Positions 42,651 through 57,654 of a stretch of DNA of 64,000 bases are shown piece after piece. Source of the DNA: the human T2T-CHM13v2.0 reference genome, Homo sapiens; the NCBI RefSeq assembly GCF_009914755.1, contig NC_060932.1. One strand, written 5' to 3'. A program made the position numbers and the translations under genes. The notes beneath the pieces were generated by a model. It searched no databases. It saw nothing but the letters and a program-made list of their open reading frames with translations, and had not been told where the DNA came from. Numbering within the stretch: the stretch's first letter is position 1; each line of letters opens with the position of its first letter.

Positions 42651-42845
42651 TGGGAAGCCGTTTAGATAATTAAGGATGATTTACTTTACACCATGAAGTT
42701 GTCAACAAAGCTTTTTGGAGTCTTTCCCCCAAGAAGATCTTGAGGCTTGCAGAAAAAGCTTTAGCAACAAGCAGTCTTCCTGGAGTGTCCACAGTAACAT
42801 TAAGCAGAACCCATCCCAAGAGGCAAAGTACTAGATTCAAAAATG

Positions 42846-43242
<397 letters not shown>

Positions 43243-44018
43243 TTATAAATAATCAATGACTAGTTTTAAAGTTAAGGGTATTTTTTAAGCTTAAGCATCT
43301 GAAAATGATCTATAGCCACTGGAGGAGCATGATATTTGGGGGAGTGGAATGAGTCACTGAGTCTGAGAAGCCCTGAGCACCCAGGGGAGCCCTCTTGTGG
43401 CTACTTGTGGAGTGCGCAAGGCACTGGTGACATTTAAGAAGGGTAAAACTAATTATAATATTCAGTAAATACGTAGTAAACCTAACTAGATGGCATCTCA
43501 ATATATCGAATATATTTATTTACATGTACTCTGCTCCACTCTGCGTTCATAATCACCAGAAAACCCTATTAACTTATAGGGAGCAATCCTACCTGCTCCT
43601 AATACATTTGCTGCTGTAATTGTTTTTTCCCTGAAAAAGCTGTAAACAGCAGATAGATAAATTTATAGGCCATAATTTTGGATAAGTTATATGAGTATTG
43701 ACCAGTTCGACAAAAGGTACCTGTCAGTTTAGTAGAATAAAATCATGCAGAGAAATTGCTTAGTTAAATTTACAACCTCCACAGGTTAAAGAGAATTAAG
43801 CCTGAAACTTTTGATATGCAAGTTAAATTCAGGCTCATTTGTTTGGTTATTTTAAAGCATAATTTTTTTTTGCAAATAGAAGAAAATCCCTTTAAAATAA
43901 CCACTTGATAATATCCCAGTGGAATTCATGTTCATGATAGTATATATTAATAGTGAATAAACCCATTATCTACTTTTACACATTTTCACATTCTGAGACT
44001 ACAGCACTGTGATTAAGC

Positions 44019-44405
44019 TGTTAAAAGAAAAACTTCAGCCGAACTAAATTTAAAGGAGTTTAGTTGAGCAATGAACGATTCACGATTCGGGCAGCTTTCT
44101 GAATCACAGCAGATTCAAAGAGATTCCAGCATGGTGGAAGAAGATTTATAGACAAAAAAAGGGAAATGACGTGCAGGAATTGGAAGTGAAGTACAGAAAC
44201 ACCTGGATTGGTTACAGTTTGACATTTACCTTATTAGAACACTGTTTGGTTGGCTACATTTAATTGGCTAAAACTCAGTGATTGATACAAGCGTGGGCCA
44301 CAGTCGGTTTATACTTCCCCTTGTTATAGTTCACAATGTACAGAAAAACCTTTAGGCTGAATTTAAACATGTAAGGAAGCAGCTTTAGGCTGAACTTGAT
44401 TAACA
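44019..44405 (-). mobile_element. MER57-family solo LTR (ERV1)
   Basis: Minus strand starts tgttaatcaagttcagcctaaagctgcttccttacat; TGTTAA...TTAACA termini. Confidence 0.88.
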
Positions 44406-45829
44406 AAACAAATTCATGGCCTGGTAATTTTTGTCTATATTTATAAGAAAGCTTATAGCACTGTAAACTAGCATGGCTCTATTTTGGAAACATGAGAATA
44501 AAACATCATCAAACTAGTTCTCCTAAGATATTGTATAATATGGTTATATAGCTGTTGAATCACTCTGTGGTGCTAGAATAAAAAAGGCCTGTGATGTTTA
44601 ATGCTTTTGGTTAAAATCCCATTTTTTATGGTTCAAGAAATGTATTTTGACCCATGCGCTCCGTGTACTGATTTATCCACTTTGCATCTAGTGAACCTAA
44701 AGCAGTTTTAAAGAGTTCTGAAGATGCCAGTGAACATCTGAAAGTATTCTATGATACCTATACTTAAAAAAAGATTTCCCATTACGAAATAGTTTAAATT
44801 GCCCAAACTATAAAAGAATTATTTTTCTAACAAGTGAACTTGTGTGCTGTTCCTTGTGCCCTTCCTGTATTCTGTAGACTGTTTCAATAATGCAAGATCA
44901 ATTCTGCCACTGCCCAGACAATTAACTCTTTGGCTACAGTTCACCTGCTAACTTGATATCCTATCCTCTTATTAGGTGTTGGGACTTGTATTTCACCTAC
45001 CCTAGATAGGTCTTTGAACTCAGTGTGGTGTTGTTATATGAACTAGATTGTATCTGGTTTAAAATTGCTCAGTGACACACACAGAGGGAGAAAGGCAAAG
45101 GGTTCTTCAGCAGGAAGTCCATGTTCACTGTAGAAGTACTTCATCACTTTTTGAAGCCATTCTTTGTGTTTGAAGAAAAGTCATTTATATTGCTTAGTCA
45201 GAGAAAAATCTCCTCCAAAAATGTTACATTTAATATATTAATCAAAATATGTTAATAACAGGCTTAGGAATTTAAAGACTATTTTTACTCAAGAATACGA
45301 AGAAAGTAATGGTTTAAGGCTTTTCCACAATAGTCTGAGATTCTTAGTTTTCTAATATAATGCAAAGAGGTATGAAGAGGATAAAACAATGGTTTATTAT
45401 CTGTTTCTCCAAACACATATATATTTATTTATTTATGTAAAATAAATAATGCATAATTATTCAAAAAGTTTCAAATAAATATTGACCCTTGAGCATCCCC
45501 CAAAACCCATTCTGTTATTTTTCTCAGAGATGGCAAGTTTCCTCAGAGAGAGAAACCTGCTTTCTAGTGGTAAGGACAATGGGAGTTCCAGCTGTGGTTA
45601 GACTCTAAGTTCTGAAATACAGCCATTGTTCTCATCTGCTGTAGAAGGCAAAGATGAAGAATACATAGTAGCTTAATGTATAGAATATGTAATAATTGCT
45701 TTTCTCTCCTTTTAACTTTGAATATTAAGTGGTAGCTTTGAAATAAGGGGTACTTATTTAAAGTAGTGGTGAATAAAATAAAAATAGGTTTAGAGGATGT
45801 AAGTTTTACGTTTAAAAATATATGTATTT

Positions 45830-47015
45830 TTTAAGTTTTATTTTATTTTTTAACTTTTATTTTAGGTTCAGGGGTACATGAGCAGATTTGTCATACTGGT
45901 AAATTGTGTGTCATGGGGGTTTGGTGTACAGATTATTTGTCACACAGGTAATAACCATAGTACCCAATAGGTTTTTTGATCCTCTCTTTCCTCCCATCTA
46001 CCACCCTCAAGTAGGCCTCAAGTAGGCCTTGGTGTTTTCTTCTTTGTGTCTATGTGTATTCAATGCTTAGCTCCCACTTGTGAGAACATTTGGTATTTGA
46101 TTTTTTGTTCCTGTGTTAGTTCATGTAGGATAATGGCCTCCAGCTCCATCCATGTTGCTGCAAAGGACAGGATCGCATTCCTTTTTATGGCTGTGTAGTA
46201 TTCCATGGTGTATATGCACCATATTTCCTTTATCCAGTCCATCATTGATGAGCATTTGGTTGATTCCAAGTCATTGCTATTGTGAATAGTGCTCTGATGA
46301 ACATACATGTACATATTATTAATGGAAGAATGATTTATATTCCTTTGGGGATATACCCCAAGACAGTTGCTGGGTCAAATTGTAATTATATTTTGAGTTT
46401 TCTGAGAAATCACCACACTACTTTTCACGATGGCTAAACTAATTTACATTACCACCAGCAGTGTATATATAAGTGTTCCCTTTTCTCTGCAATCTCACCA
46501 GCATTTCTTATATTTTGGTATTTTAATAATATCCATTCTGACTGGTGTGAGATGGCATCTCACTGTGGTTTTGATATGCATTTCTCTAGTGATTTGTGAT
46601 GTTGAGCATTTTTTCATATGCTTGTTGGCTACGTGTATGTCTTCTTTTGAAAAGTGTCTATGCATGTCCTTTGCCTACTTTTTAATTGGGTTGTTTGTTT
46701 ATTGCTTGTTAATTTGCTTGAACTCATTATACAAATTAGATATTAGACTTCGTTGCATTCATAGTTTGCAAATATTTTATCCCATTCTGTGGGTTGTCTG
46801 TTTACTCTGTTAATACTTTCTTTTGTTGTGCAGAAGCTCCTTAGTTTAATTAGGCCCCACTTGTCAATTTTTGTTTTTGTTGCAATTGCTTTTGGCATCT
46901 TCCTCATGAAGTATTTTGCCAGGCCCTCTGTCCAGAATAACCTAGGCATTTCCTAGGTTATCTTCCAGGGTTTTTATAATTTTTGGTTTTACATTTAAGT
47001 CATTAATCCATGTTG

Positions 47016-47052
<37 letters not shown>

Positions 47053-50000
47053 TGTAAGGAAGGGGTTGGTCCAGTATCAGTCTTCTGCATATGGCTAGCC
47101 AGTTGTCCCAGAACAATTTATTGAGTATGGAGTCATTTTCCCATTGCTTTTTGTTGCTGTTGATTTTGTTGAAGATCAGATTATTGCAGGTGTGTGGCAT
47201 TAGTTCTGGGCTCTCTATTCTGTTCCAATGGTAAATGTGTCTGTTTTTGTATCAATACCATGCTGTTTGGCTACTGTAGCCTTGCAGTATAATTTGAAGA
47301 TGGGGACTGGGTGCCTTGACTCAAGCCTGTAATCCCAGCACTTCGAGAGGCCAGGGCACATGGATCACTGGAGACCAGCCTGGACAACATGATGGAACCC
47401 CTTCTCTACTAAAAATACAAAAATTAGTTGAGTGTGGTGGTGTATGCCTGTAATCCTAGCTACTCTGGAGGCTGAAGCATGAGAATTGCTTGCACCCGGG
47501 AGGCCGAGGTTGCAGTGAGCCTAGATCTCACTACTGCACTCCAGCCTGGGGCACAGGAAAAAAAAAAAGGGTTGGGGGGGAGGTAATGTGAAGCCTCCAG
47601 CTTTGTTCTTTCTTGCTTAGGTTTGCCTTGGCTATTTGAGCTCTTTTTCAGTTCCATGTGAATTTTAAAAACAGTTTTTCTAGTTCTGTGAAGAATGTCA
47701 TTGTTAGTTTGATAGGAATAGCATTGAATCTGCATATTGCTTTGGGCAGTATGGCCATTTTAACAATATTAATTCTTGCTCTCCATGAGCATGGAATGTT
47801 TATCCATTTGTTTGTGTCATCTATGATTTCTTTGAGCAATATTTTGTAATTCTCTTTGCAGAGATCTTTCACCTTCCTGGTTAGCTGTTTTCTAGGTATT
47901 TTATTTATTTTGGGGCAATTGTGATTGTGATTGCATGCCTGATTTGGCTATCAACTTGAATGTTGTTGGTGTATAGGAATACTACTGATTTTTGCACATT
48001 GATTTTGTATCCTGAAATTTTGCTGAAGTTGTTTATCAGAACTAGGAGTATTTGGGCAGATACTATGGGATTTCTAGGCAGACAATCATGTCGTCTACAA
48101 ACAGGGGTAGCTTTACTTCCTCTGTTCCTATTTGGATGCCCTTTATTTCTTTCTCTTGTCTGATTGTTCTGGCTAGGACTTCCAGTAGTATGTTGAATAG
48201 GAGTGGTGAGAGTAGACATCCTTTTCTTGTTCCAGTTGTCAAGGGGAATGCTTCCAGCTTTTGCCCATTCGGTATGATGTTGGCTGTGGGTTTTTCATAG
48301 ATATCCCTTATTATTTTAAGGTATGTTTCATCAATGCCTAATTTTTAAGGGTTTTTTTATCATGAAGGGATGTTGAATTTTATTTAAATTTTTTCTGCAT
48401 CTATTGACATAATCATGTGGTTTCTGTTTTTGTGATGAATTTATGTGATGAATCAAAGTTACTGATTTGTGTATATTGAAGCAAACTTGCATCCTAGGGC
48501 TAACACTTACTTGATCGTAGTGGATAAGTTTTTTGATGTGCTGCTGAATTCAGTTTGCTAGTATTTTTTGATGATTTTTGTACTTAAGTTCATCAAGCAG
48601 ATTGTCCTGAACTTTTCTTTTTTGTTGCTGTTTTTCTACCAGGTTTTGTTATAAGGATGATGCTGGCCTCATAAAATGAGTTAGGAAGAAGTCCTTCCTC
48701 CTCATTTTCTTTGGAATTATTTCAGTAGGAATAGTACCAGCTCTTCTTTATATATTTGGTAGAATTCCACTGTGAATCCCTGTAGTCCTGGGCTTATTAT
48801 GGTTGGTAGGCTTTTTATTACTGATTTGATTTCATAACTCATTATTGGTCTGTTCAGGGATTCAATTTCTTCCTAGTTCAATCTTGGGAGGTTGTATACA
48901 TCCAGGAATTTATCCATTTCTTCTAGATTTTCTTGTTCGTGTGCATAGATGTGTTAATAGCAGTCTCTGAGGGCTTTTAAAATTGTTATTTCTAAAGGGT
49001 TGGTGGTAATACTCATTTTGTCATTACTGGTTGTGTTTATTTGGATCTTTTCTCTCTTTATTTCTTTATTAGTCTAGCTAACAATCTATCAATCATATAT
49101 ATTATTTTAAATAACCATCTCCTGGATTTATTAATCTTTTGAATTTTTTTTTGCATCTCAATTTCCTTCAAGTCAGTTCTGATTTTAGTTATTTCTTGTC
49201 TTCTGCTAGCTTTGGGCTTGTTTTTCTCTTGTTTCTCTAGTTCCTCTAGGGGTGATGTCACGTTGTTAATTTGAGATATTTCTAACTTTTTAATATGGGT
49301 GTTTAGTATTGTAAACTTCCCTCTTAACACCGTTTTTGCTGTGTCCCAGAGATTCTGGTATGTTTTATCTTTGTTCTCATTAGTTTCAAATGATTCCTTG
49401 ATTTCTGTCTTAATTTCATTGTTTACTCAAAAGTCATTCTGGAGCAGGTTAATTAATTTCCATGTAATTGTATGGTTTTGAGCGATTTTCTTAGTACTGA
49501 TTCCTGTTTTTATTGTGATACGGTTTGAAAGTGTTATGATTTAGGTCTTTGAATTTGCTGAGGGTTGTTGTATGGTTGATTATATAGTCAATTTTAGAGT
49601 ATATGCCATGTGACAATGAGAAGAATGTATATTCTGTTGTTTTGGTTGAGGAATTCTGTAAATGTGTATTTGGCCCATTTTGTGAAGTGCTGAGTTCAGG
49701 ACTCGAATATATTTATCCATTTTCAGCCTTGTTGATCTGTCTAATACAGTTACTGAGGTGTTGAAGTCTCCCATTATTATTGCATGGGTGTCTAAGTCTC
49801 CACATAAGATCTCTAAGAACTTGTTTTATAAATCTGGATGCTCCTTTGTTGGAAGCATATATAATAAGGATAGTTAGATCTTCTTGTTGAATTATACCCT
49901 TTGCCAATATGTAATGCCTTTCTTTGTCTTTTCTGATTGTTGTTGGTTTAAAGTCTGTTTTGTCCTAATTTAGAATAGCAATTCCTGATTTCTTGTATTT

Positions 50001-52375
50001 TCTGTTTGCTTGGTAGATTTTTCTTTATCCCTTTACTTTGAGCCTATGAGTGTCATTGCATGTGAGATGGGTCTCTTAAAGATAGCATACAGTTGGGTCT
50101 TGCTTCTTTATCCATTTTGCCACTCTGTGTCTTTTAAATGGGGCATTTAGCTAGTTTATATTCAATGTTAATATCGATATGTATGGATTTGATCCTGTCA
50201 TCATTTTGTTAGCTGGTTATTTTGCAGACTTGATTGTGTGGTTGCTTAATATTGTCAATTTTCTATGTACTTAAGAATGTTTTGTGGTGGCTGGTAATGG
50301 TCTTGTCTTTTCATATCTAGCACTCCTTTAAGGACCTCTTGTAAGGCAGGTCTGTTGCTAATAAATCCCATAGCATTTGCTTATCTGAGAAGGGTCTTAT
50401 TTATTAGTTTATGAAGGTTAGTTTGGCTTGATATTAAATGCTTTATTGGAATTTCTTTTGTTTAAGAATGGTGAATAAAGGCTCCCAATCTCTTCTGGCT
50501 TGTAGGGCTTCTGCTGAAAGATCCACTGTTAGCTTGGTACCGTTCTCTTTTTAGGTGACCTGCCCCTTTACTCTAGCTGTCTTTAACATATTTTATTCCT
50601 TTTCAACTTCAGAGAACCTGATGATGATATGTCTTTGGGGATGGTTGTCTTGTGTAGTATTTTTCAGGGGTTTGTTGCATTTTCTGAATTTGAATGTTAG
50701 TCTCTCTAGTAAGGCTGGGGACATATTTATCAATGAGATATCCTTAAATATGTTTTCCAAATTGCTTGCTTTCTCTCCCTCTCTTTCAGGGATGACAATA
50801 AGTCATAGATTTGGTCTTTTTACATAATTCTATATTTTTGGAGGTTTTAGTCATTCTTCTTTATTGTTTTTTTCTTTATTTTTGTCTGACTGAGTTACTT
50901 CAGAGAACCTATATTCAAACTGATTTTCTCTCCTTAGCTTGGTTGATTCTGCTGTTACTACTTGAGATTATATTATGAAATTCTTGAAGTGAGTTTTTCC
51001 GCTATATCAGATTAGTTTGGTTCTTTCTTTAAATGGCCAGCTTTCTTTTATCTCTTGTATCATTTTATTGTATTCCTGAGATTCCTTGGATTGGGTTTTA
51101 ACTTTCTCCTGGATGTCAGTTATCTTTGTTCCTATATATATTCTGAATTATATTTCTGTCATTTCAGACATTTCAGCCTGGTTAAGAATGATTGCTGGGG
51201 AACTAGTGTGATTGTTTTTAGGTAAGAAGACACTCAGGCTTTTTGAGTTGCCAGAGCTTTTGCTCTGGTTCTTTCTCATCTGTGTGGGCTGATGTTCCTT
51301 CACTCTGAAGTTATTGTCCTTTTGGTGGCTTTTTTTCTTTTTTCTTTTATCTTCTATAATGCCCTTGGGGGTTTAATTTTGGTATTTCTGTAAGATATTA
51401 GGGGGCCAAGGCTCAGCTCAGCACTCTCGGTTTGCATGCTCTAACTCGGGGCTGTTACCAGGACCATGACTTTGTTCTCTGGTATTTCAAAGTTAGAAAT
51501 CTGCTGCACTGGAGGGGCTGAGGTGTTCCAGTTCTGCTGGCCCCAACACTCTGATATTATAGATTGTGCCACCCAAGGACTTTGTTGGGGCAGTGCCAGT
51601 GGGATCCGTGCTTGATTGTATGTGCTAGGAGCCCTGACGGCATGGTGGGGTGCATGGTATTGACTGGGGCAGGTTACTGGCGGAAATGGTACTGAGGTGT
51701 TCCTGCGTGAATTTGCTCTGGCAACAGGGTGCAGGCTAAGGTGGGGTTGCTGATGTCCATGCTTACACCTGTGCCATCAGCACTGGGCACAGGGCACTGG
51801 TGGGGGTAGTGCTGCCTGCGTCAGGGTGTGATTTTGAACCATCAGCGGTGGCAGCACAGGAGTGTACTGGGTCGCAGACAGTTGTGTGCACATTTGCACT
51901 GGCAATGGGCGACACGGCTGAGTGCCTGCACATTAGCAAGGGAGGAGAGGACAGTGGGTTGCGCTCACGCTGAGAACAGCAGTGGGTTGCTCCTGCACAT
52001 GAGTGCCAGCAGAGGAGGGGAGCTGGGGTCTTCTCATATAGGCAGCAGCAAAGAGGTGGGAGGGTAGCCATGGGTATGTGCCAACGAAGTAGCGCAGGGA
52101 AGACTATGGTGGGAAGAAGGTGCAAGTGGACTAATGCTCATGGGCAGGGGCCCCTCTGCTGGAGCTCTCAGGCAGGAGCAGTCTGCCAGCGAAGGAGCTA
52201 TGATGAGGGCCCGAGGAAGCACCCTGTTTAGGCAAGCACCAGGTCCAGCAGCTGGGGCCCCGGGAGACAGGGTGGCACTCAGATTGGACTGGCTTCATCT
52301 CACAGGCAAGACAGCCCTGCTCTGTACAGATCCAACAGTCACCCTATGGCCAAAGTCTCCTAGAGGAGCATGGCA
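45830..52375 (-). mobile_element. Near full-length old primate L1 (L1PA13-16-like), ORFs disrupted
   Basis: 3'UTR at ~45.84 kb; ORF2 peptides in track ([52 protein letters not shown]); ORF1 region ~50-51.3 kb; GC-rich 5'UTR 51.4-52.4 kb. Confidence 0.93.
47305..47568 (+). mobile_element. Alu (AluJ/S-like, small deletions) inserted in L1 ORF2
   Basis: gcctgtaatcccagcact...cactccagcctggg plus A tail. Confidence 0.9.
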
Positions 52376-52871
52376 TGCATGCCTCATTATTTCAAACTCA
52401 CTATTCTCCCTGTCATACCTGTAGGCCAATTCTATTTCTAGCAAGTAGTGGGAAATATTGAGCAGGTAAATATTCCAAAAATAATAGGTTTGATATCCTT
52501 ATTCCATGATGATTTATACTTTTTCAGCCACATGTTGTTTTAATTTTACAATTTATTAAGTGCCTACTGTGCAACACATGTGTTCAGTACTGAGCCAAAC
52601 AAAGATAATTAAGTCAGGTATTCTCCATAAGGAACCTTCCACTGTAGAAGAGAGGTACATGTGCTGCTTTTGAATAGCTGTAGCTACAAGTACACCATGA
52701 ACCATGATGAATAACTTAGGATGTGAATTGTAACTTTAATATCTCAGTACTTTTCCACCAATGCTTATTTTTTTTCAGGAAAATTTAAGCATTTGTTTTC
52801 CAGTCCAGAAGTCTACAATGTGTGATGTAAAATATACACAGTAACAAGGATTTTGAAAATATGAAGAGGTG

Positions 52872-52872
<1 letters not shown>

Positions 52873-52906
<34 letters not shown>

Positions 52907-53107
52907 TGAGACGGAGTCTTGCTCTGTCACCCAGGCTGGAGTGCAGTGGTACAATCTCAGGTCACTGCAACCTCCGCCTTCCCGGTTCAAGCAATTCTCC
53001 TGCCTCAGGACCCACTAGTAGCTGAGACTACAGGCGCACATCATCATGCCCAGCTGATTTTTGTATTTTTAGTAGACACGGGGTTTCAACATGTTGGCCA
53101 GGCTGGT
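52873..53107 (-). mobile_element. 5'-truncated Alu
   Basis: T tract of ~33 nt, right arm and part of the left arm ending at caggctggt. Confidence 0.92.
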
Positions 53108-53954
53108 TTGTTTTTTTTTAACTTTACTAAACATCTATCTTTCTCAAGTTATATAATAGTCAATTCTCCTATATAAGCAAGAAGCTTGATAACTATGATG
53201 TTTTTAATTCATTTTTCAAACACTACACATTATGATTTTTAAATTCTTTCTCTGTATCTGATACTTCTATTATTTATTAGATCTCAGCCAACTTATCCTT
53301 AGTTCCTTTAAAATAGAATATCATTACTTATGCAATTGTCAATAACACAGTTTTGTATCCTACTTTATATAGTCTTAAAATAATTCTCTCAGGAGATTTC
53401 TCAAACATTCATTTTATCATTTCTTCAAATATGACTTTAAGCCTGCAATTTTTACCCTGAAATTGGATTTCAAATTCTAATTAAACCGAGGTAAACTTAT
53501 GTGACCTTAAAAACTACAATACAAAAGGAAACAACATTTCCTTCTTTTTATTTCATGTTAGAATCAATATTTAGCATGTTCGAATCTCTACTTGTCTAAT
53601 AGATTATCATTGTTTCTATATGCAATTCAACTGGAAATATGCAATGATTTTATTAGTTAATATGCTATCAGGTTATAGTATATCTTTTTAACTCAGCGAA
53701 TACAGTTCTATATAATATAAAGACATTGTAGCTATAAATGTAAATGTTTAATTAGATACATCTGCATTTAAAGAGAGAAAATGTATAGTCATTGTGAGGT
53801 TTGAAATGCATTTCATTATTTTGTTTTTATACAAATTTGTAGAGTTCTCCTAAAAGGAAGGCTGGGTATTTATCTTTTTGATGTATTTATTCCTGGAGCT
53901 CTTTTTATGGATAATTAAAATAGTAAATTTCAAAGACTTCTATTTAGTGTTTTT

Positions 53955-54420
53955 ATTAGTCAGAGTCCCAGCTGGAAACAGACTGCCATTAAAATTAGGA
54001 TAATTGATGGAAGGCTTAATAAAAGAACTAAATATAAAGTAAATAAGATATAGAGGAACTACATGAGACGTCCTGGGATTCTCAGACTGGTAGGAATCAT
54101 GTCATTTTCAGCCCTAGTCCCTTTGTTATGAATTTAGGAAGAGAACATTTTTGGAACCTCAAAAGTAAATTTCCTGTTGAAAGAGTTTCCTTAAAAAGAG
54201 CAGGTTCATTTGGTTGAGGGACATAGAAAACTTCAAAGTAAGGAAGCAAGGGGATAAATATTCAAATTTCTTCTTTCACAGATCTTTTCAAGCATCTCCC
54301 TGTTAACTAAATCCAGCCAGGACCCTGAGTACCTGGGTGTCCTTTAATGTGGTTTATACAATCTAAGCTCAGAGATCCAAGTGAAGGATGGCTCTCGAGA
54401 GGCCAATAGAAGATATCAGA
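53955..54420 (-). mobile_element. Probable ancient LTR relic
   Basis: tattagtcagagtcccagctggaaacaga terminus typical of old ERVL/MaLR-like LTRs; family not resolved. Confidence 0.4.
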
Positions 54421-55022
54421 CATGATAAATGTCAGAAAACAGTCAAACTCTTGGGTCAAATACACAATTCACAGATGTTCTATAGTCCATCAGCATATTT
54501 CAAGGAAATTAAAGATTATGTTAGTAGGACACCAGCCTAATTACATACCAGTTGGTATACAGCAGTGGATAAACAGAACAAAATTGAAGTAATATTAATT
54601 TACTCTCCTATGAAATTCATAAGCAGTGTCCCAAAAGAACTCAGGCCAGAAGAGAGGTGAGAATCATTTGAAAATTTTGTAAGTCAAATGAAAACCCACA
54701 GATACATGAGACAAAAGATTATTGTATGTTTTGACTGCTTAAAGCCCATGAGCAAGAGCTGGAAAAAATTTCTGTGGGAAATTAAAACATTCAAAACCAT
54801 CTCTCTAAATGGGGAAATTTGGAAGCCCACAAGCATGCTCACAGCAAGAGGCATTCTCAGTAAAGACCTTGGAGGATCCTAAGCTTTCACATCAGGCCGA
54901 TCCCTAACCTCAGTGTTGAATGAGTGCCCAAGACAGAGAATCTGCAAAGACTGAATAAAGGTTTTTGTTTGTTTTATTATTTTTAGTACCCAGTGTTTGA
55001 AGAAATCTCTGTCAAAGCACTG

Positions 55023-55127
55023 GAAGTTAAGTAACAGAGACTTTACTGTCCACACATGATAAGAAATGTCCACACATGACCAGAAGTTAAGTAACAGAGA
55101 CTTTAATGTCCACACATAATAAGAAAT
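55023..55127. repeat. 45-bp duplication with 60-bp period
   Basis: gaagttaagtaacagagacttta(c/a)tgtccacacat(g/a)ataagaaat twice; the spacer holds a third gtccacacatga. Confidence 0.92.
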
Positions 55128-57654
55128 ACAGTCTTCAGAAAAAAATAATTTTGGAAACTCCCAAAATAAACGGATGAATACAGCTTTCAGTAATCAAAAG
55201 CAACACAAGAGATATAAATCAAAAATCCCTAAGCCAGAAATCCCAGAGAAGTGGAAAAACCTTATTTCCAATATTTGGGCATTATAATCTTCAAATACTC
55301 AGATGTAAACAAAAATAAAAATCACAAGGGATGAAAAGAAAGAGGAAAGCATGGCCCATTAAAAGAAAAAATAATAAATTGATAGAAAGCATTCCTAAGA
55401 AAATACTGACATGGGACTTACTAGACAAATATTTTAAAGCAGTTGTCTTATATATTCTCAAAGAGCTCAAATAAACCATAGACAAAACATAGAAACAAAT
55501 CAGAAAAAAATGGTGCATGAGCAAAATGAGAGAGTTGATAAGAAATAGATTACAAAAAGAAATGAAGCAGTAGTACTGGAGCTGCAATAAAAGAAATGAA
55601 AAGAAAAATTTACTAGAAAGCTTGTACAGTGAATTTAAGCAGGCAGAAAAAAACATAGCAAACATTAAAAGAGGAGAATTGAAATGATTAATTCTGAGGA
55701 ACAGAAAAAAATGAAATAATGAAAAAAGTGAACAGAGCTTAAGAGATCTGAGGCACACAATAAAAAGAACAATATACACAGTATGGGTGTTCCAGAATGA
55801 GAAGAAAAAATGGACAGACATGATATTTGAAAAAATAATGGCCAAAAGCCTCCCAAATTTAGTAAGATATATGGATTTATGAATCCAAGAATCTCAACAA
55901 ACTCCAAGTTAAATAAACTCAGAGATCTGCACCAATACACATTATAATTAAACTATAATCAAACTAGAAAGATAAAGGAAGAATTATAAAAACAAAAGAG
56001 AAACATCTTGTCATATACAAGGGATCTTCAATAAGATTCACAGCCAGTTTCTCATCAGATTATGGTGGCTGAATGACACTGGCGTAATATATGTAAATTA
56101 CCAGAAAAACAAACAGTTAATCAATAATCCTCTATCTGGCAAAACTGTCCTTCAAATATGAATTAGAAATCAAGACATTTCCAGATAGATAAAAGCTTGA
56201 GGGAATTCATTACCACTATATCTGCCCTACATAATATGCCATGAGCAGTTCTTCAGGTCGAAATGATAGGATATGAGACAGTAACTCAAAGCCATATGAA
56301 TGTCACTGGTAAACGTAAATACATGGACAAATACAAACACCAGTATTATACATATTTTGGTTTGTAACTTTATTTTTTTATTTCATACAGGATTTAAAAG
56401 ACAAAGTTGTAAAAATAATTATAAATCTATAAGAGCTATAAAATATATAAAGATGTATTTGTAACAACAAAAACATAAAGGGGGGGGTTGAGCAGTATGA
56501 GAAGAAAGTTTTTGTATGATACTGAATTTTGGTTGTCATCAATTTGAATTAGATTTTTATAAATGTATGATTTTAAATACAATGTCAACAAAAATCTAAA
56601 AATATACATAAAGGAAATAATAAATGAATAAAATGGTTTATTACAATAAAATCATAAAAACACAAAAGACAGTAAAGGAGGAAATGAGGAATAAAAATGG
56701 TATATGACATACAAAAATTATAAATGCTAGAATTAGGTCTTTTATTATCAGTAATTACTTTAAATGTAAGTATATTAAACTTTCCAAACAAAAGACAGAG
56801 ATTTGCACAATAGAAAAAATAATAATTCAACACTATGCTGTCTACAAGATGCTTTTTATCAAAGACACAAATAGATTGGAAGTGAAAGGATTGAAAAAGA
56901 CATTTAATGCAAATAACAATGAAAAAAGAGTGGGGTGGCAGAAAAAAATAGACTTTATATCAAAAACCATTACAAGAGACAAAAAAATTCTATAGATAAC
57001 ATGGTCATCAATTCATTAAACAGTATAATAATTATAAATATATACACAAAAACAATAGAACGTTAAAATATATGAAGCAAACATTTACAGAGTCAAAGGG
57101 AGAAATGGACAGTTCTTTAATAAGAGTTTGAGACATTAATAAACCACTTGAATAATAGAACTTTTAGAGAGAGCATTGGTAGAAAATAGAGGACTTGAGT
57201 GGCACCATAAAGCAGCGCTGTAAAGCAATAACAGTCATATTTAGAGCACTTCATGTAACAACAGCTGAATGCACATTCCTCTCAAGTGCACATGGGACAT
57301 TCTCTATAATGGACCACATTTTACTTCACAAAACATGTCTTAATAGATTTTAAAAGATAGATATAATGCAAAATATCTTCTCTGACCCAAATAGGATGAA
57401 TTTAGAAATAAGTCACAGAAGAAAAACTGGAAAATTCTCAAATACCTGGAAATTAAACAACATACTCAATCAATGGATCAAAGAAGAAATCACAAGATAA
57501 ACTGGAAATTATATAGAAATAAATACAAATGAAAATATACCCAAATTTATGGGATGCAGCAAATACAGTCCTTAGAAATTTATAAGTGTACATTTTAAAA
57601 AAAGATTTCAAATGAATAATGTAACTTCCTGGCTTTTTTTATTGGAACTCTTCC

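Noticed and set aside
46060-49907. Reverse-transcriptase/endonuclease-like peptides
   Set aside because: Frameshifted fragments of L1 ORF2, not an active element or a novel RT system
55291-55940. 184-aa and 91-aa hydrophobic ORFs that look like membrane proteins
   Set aside because: Antisense reading of A-rich L1 ORF1 gives Phe/Leu-rich artefacts
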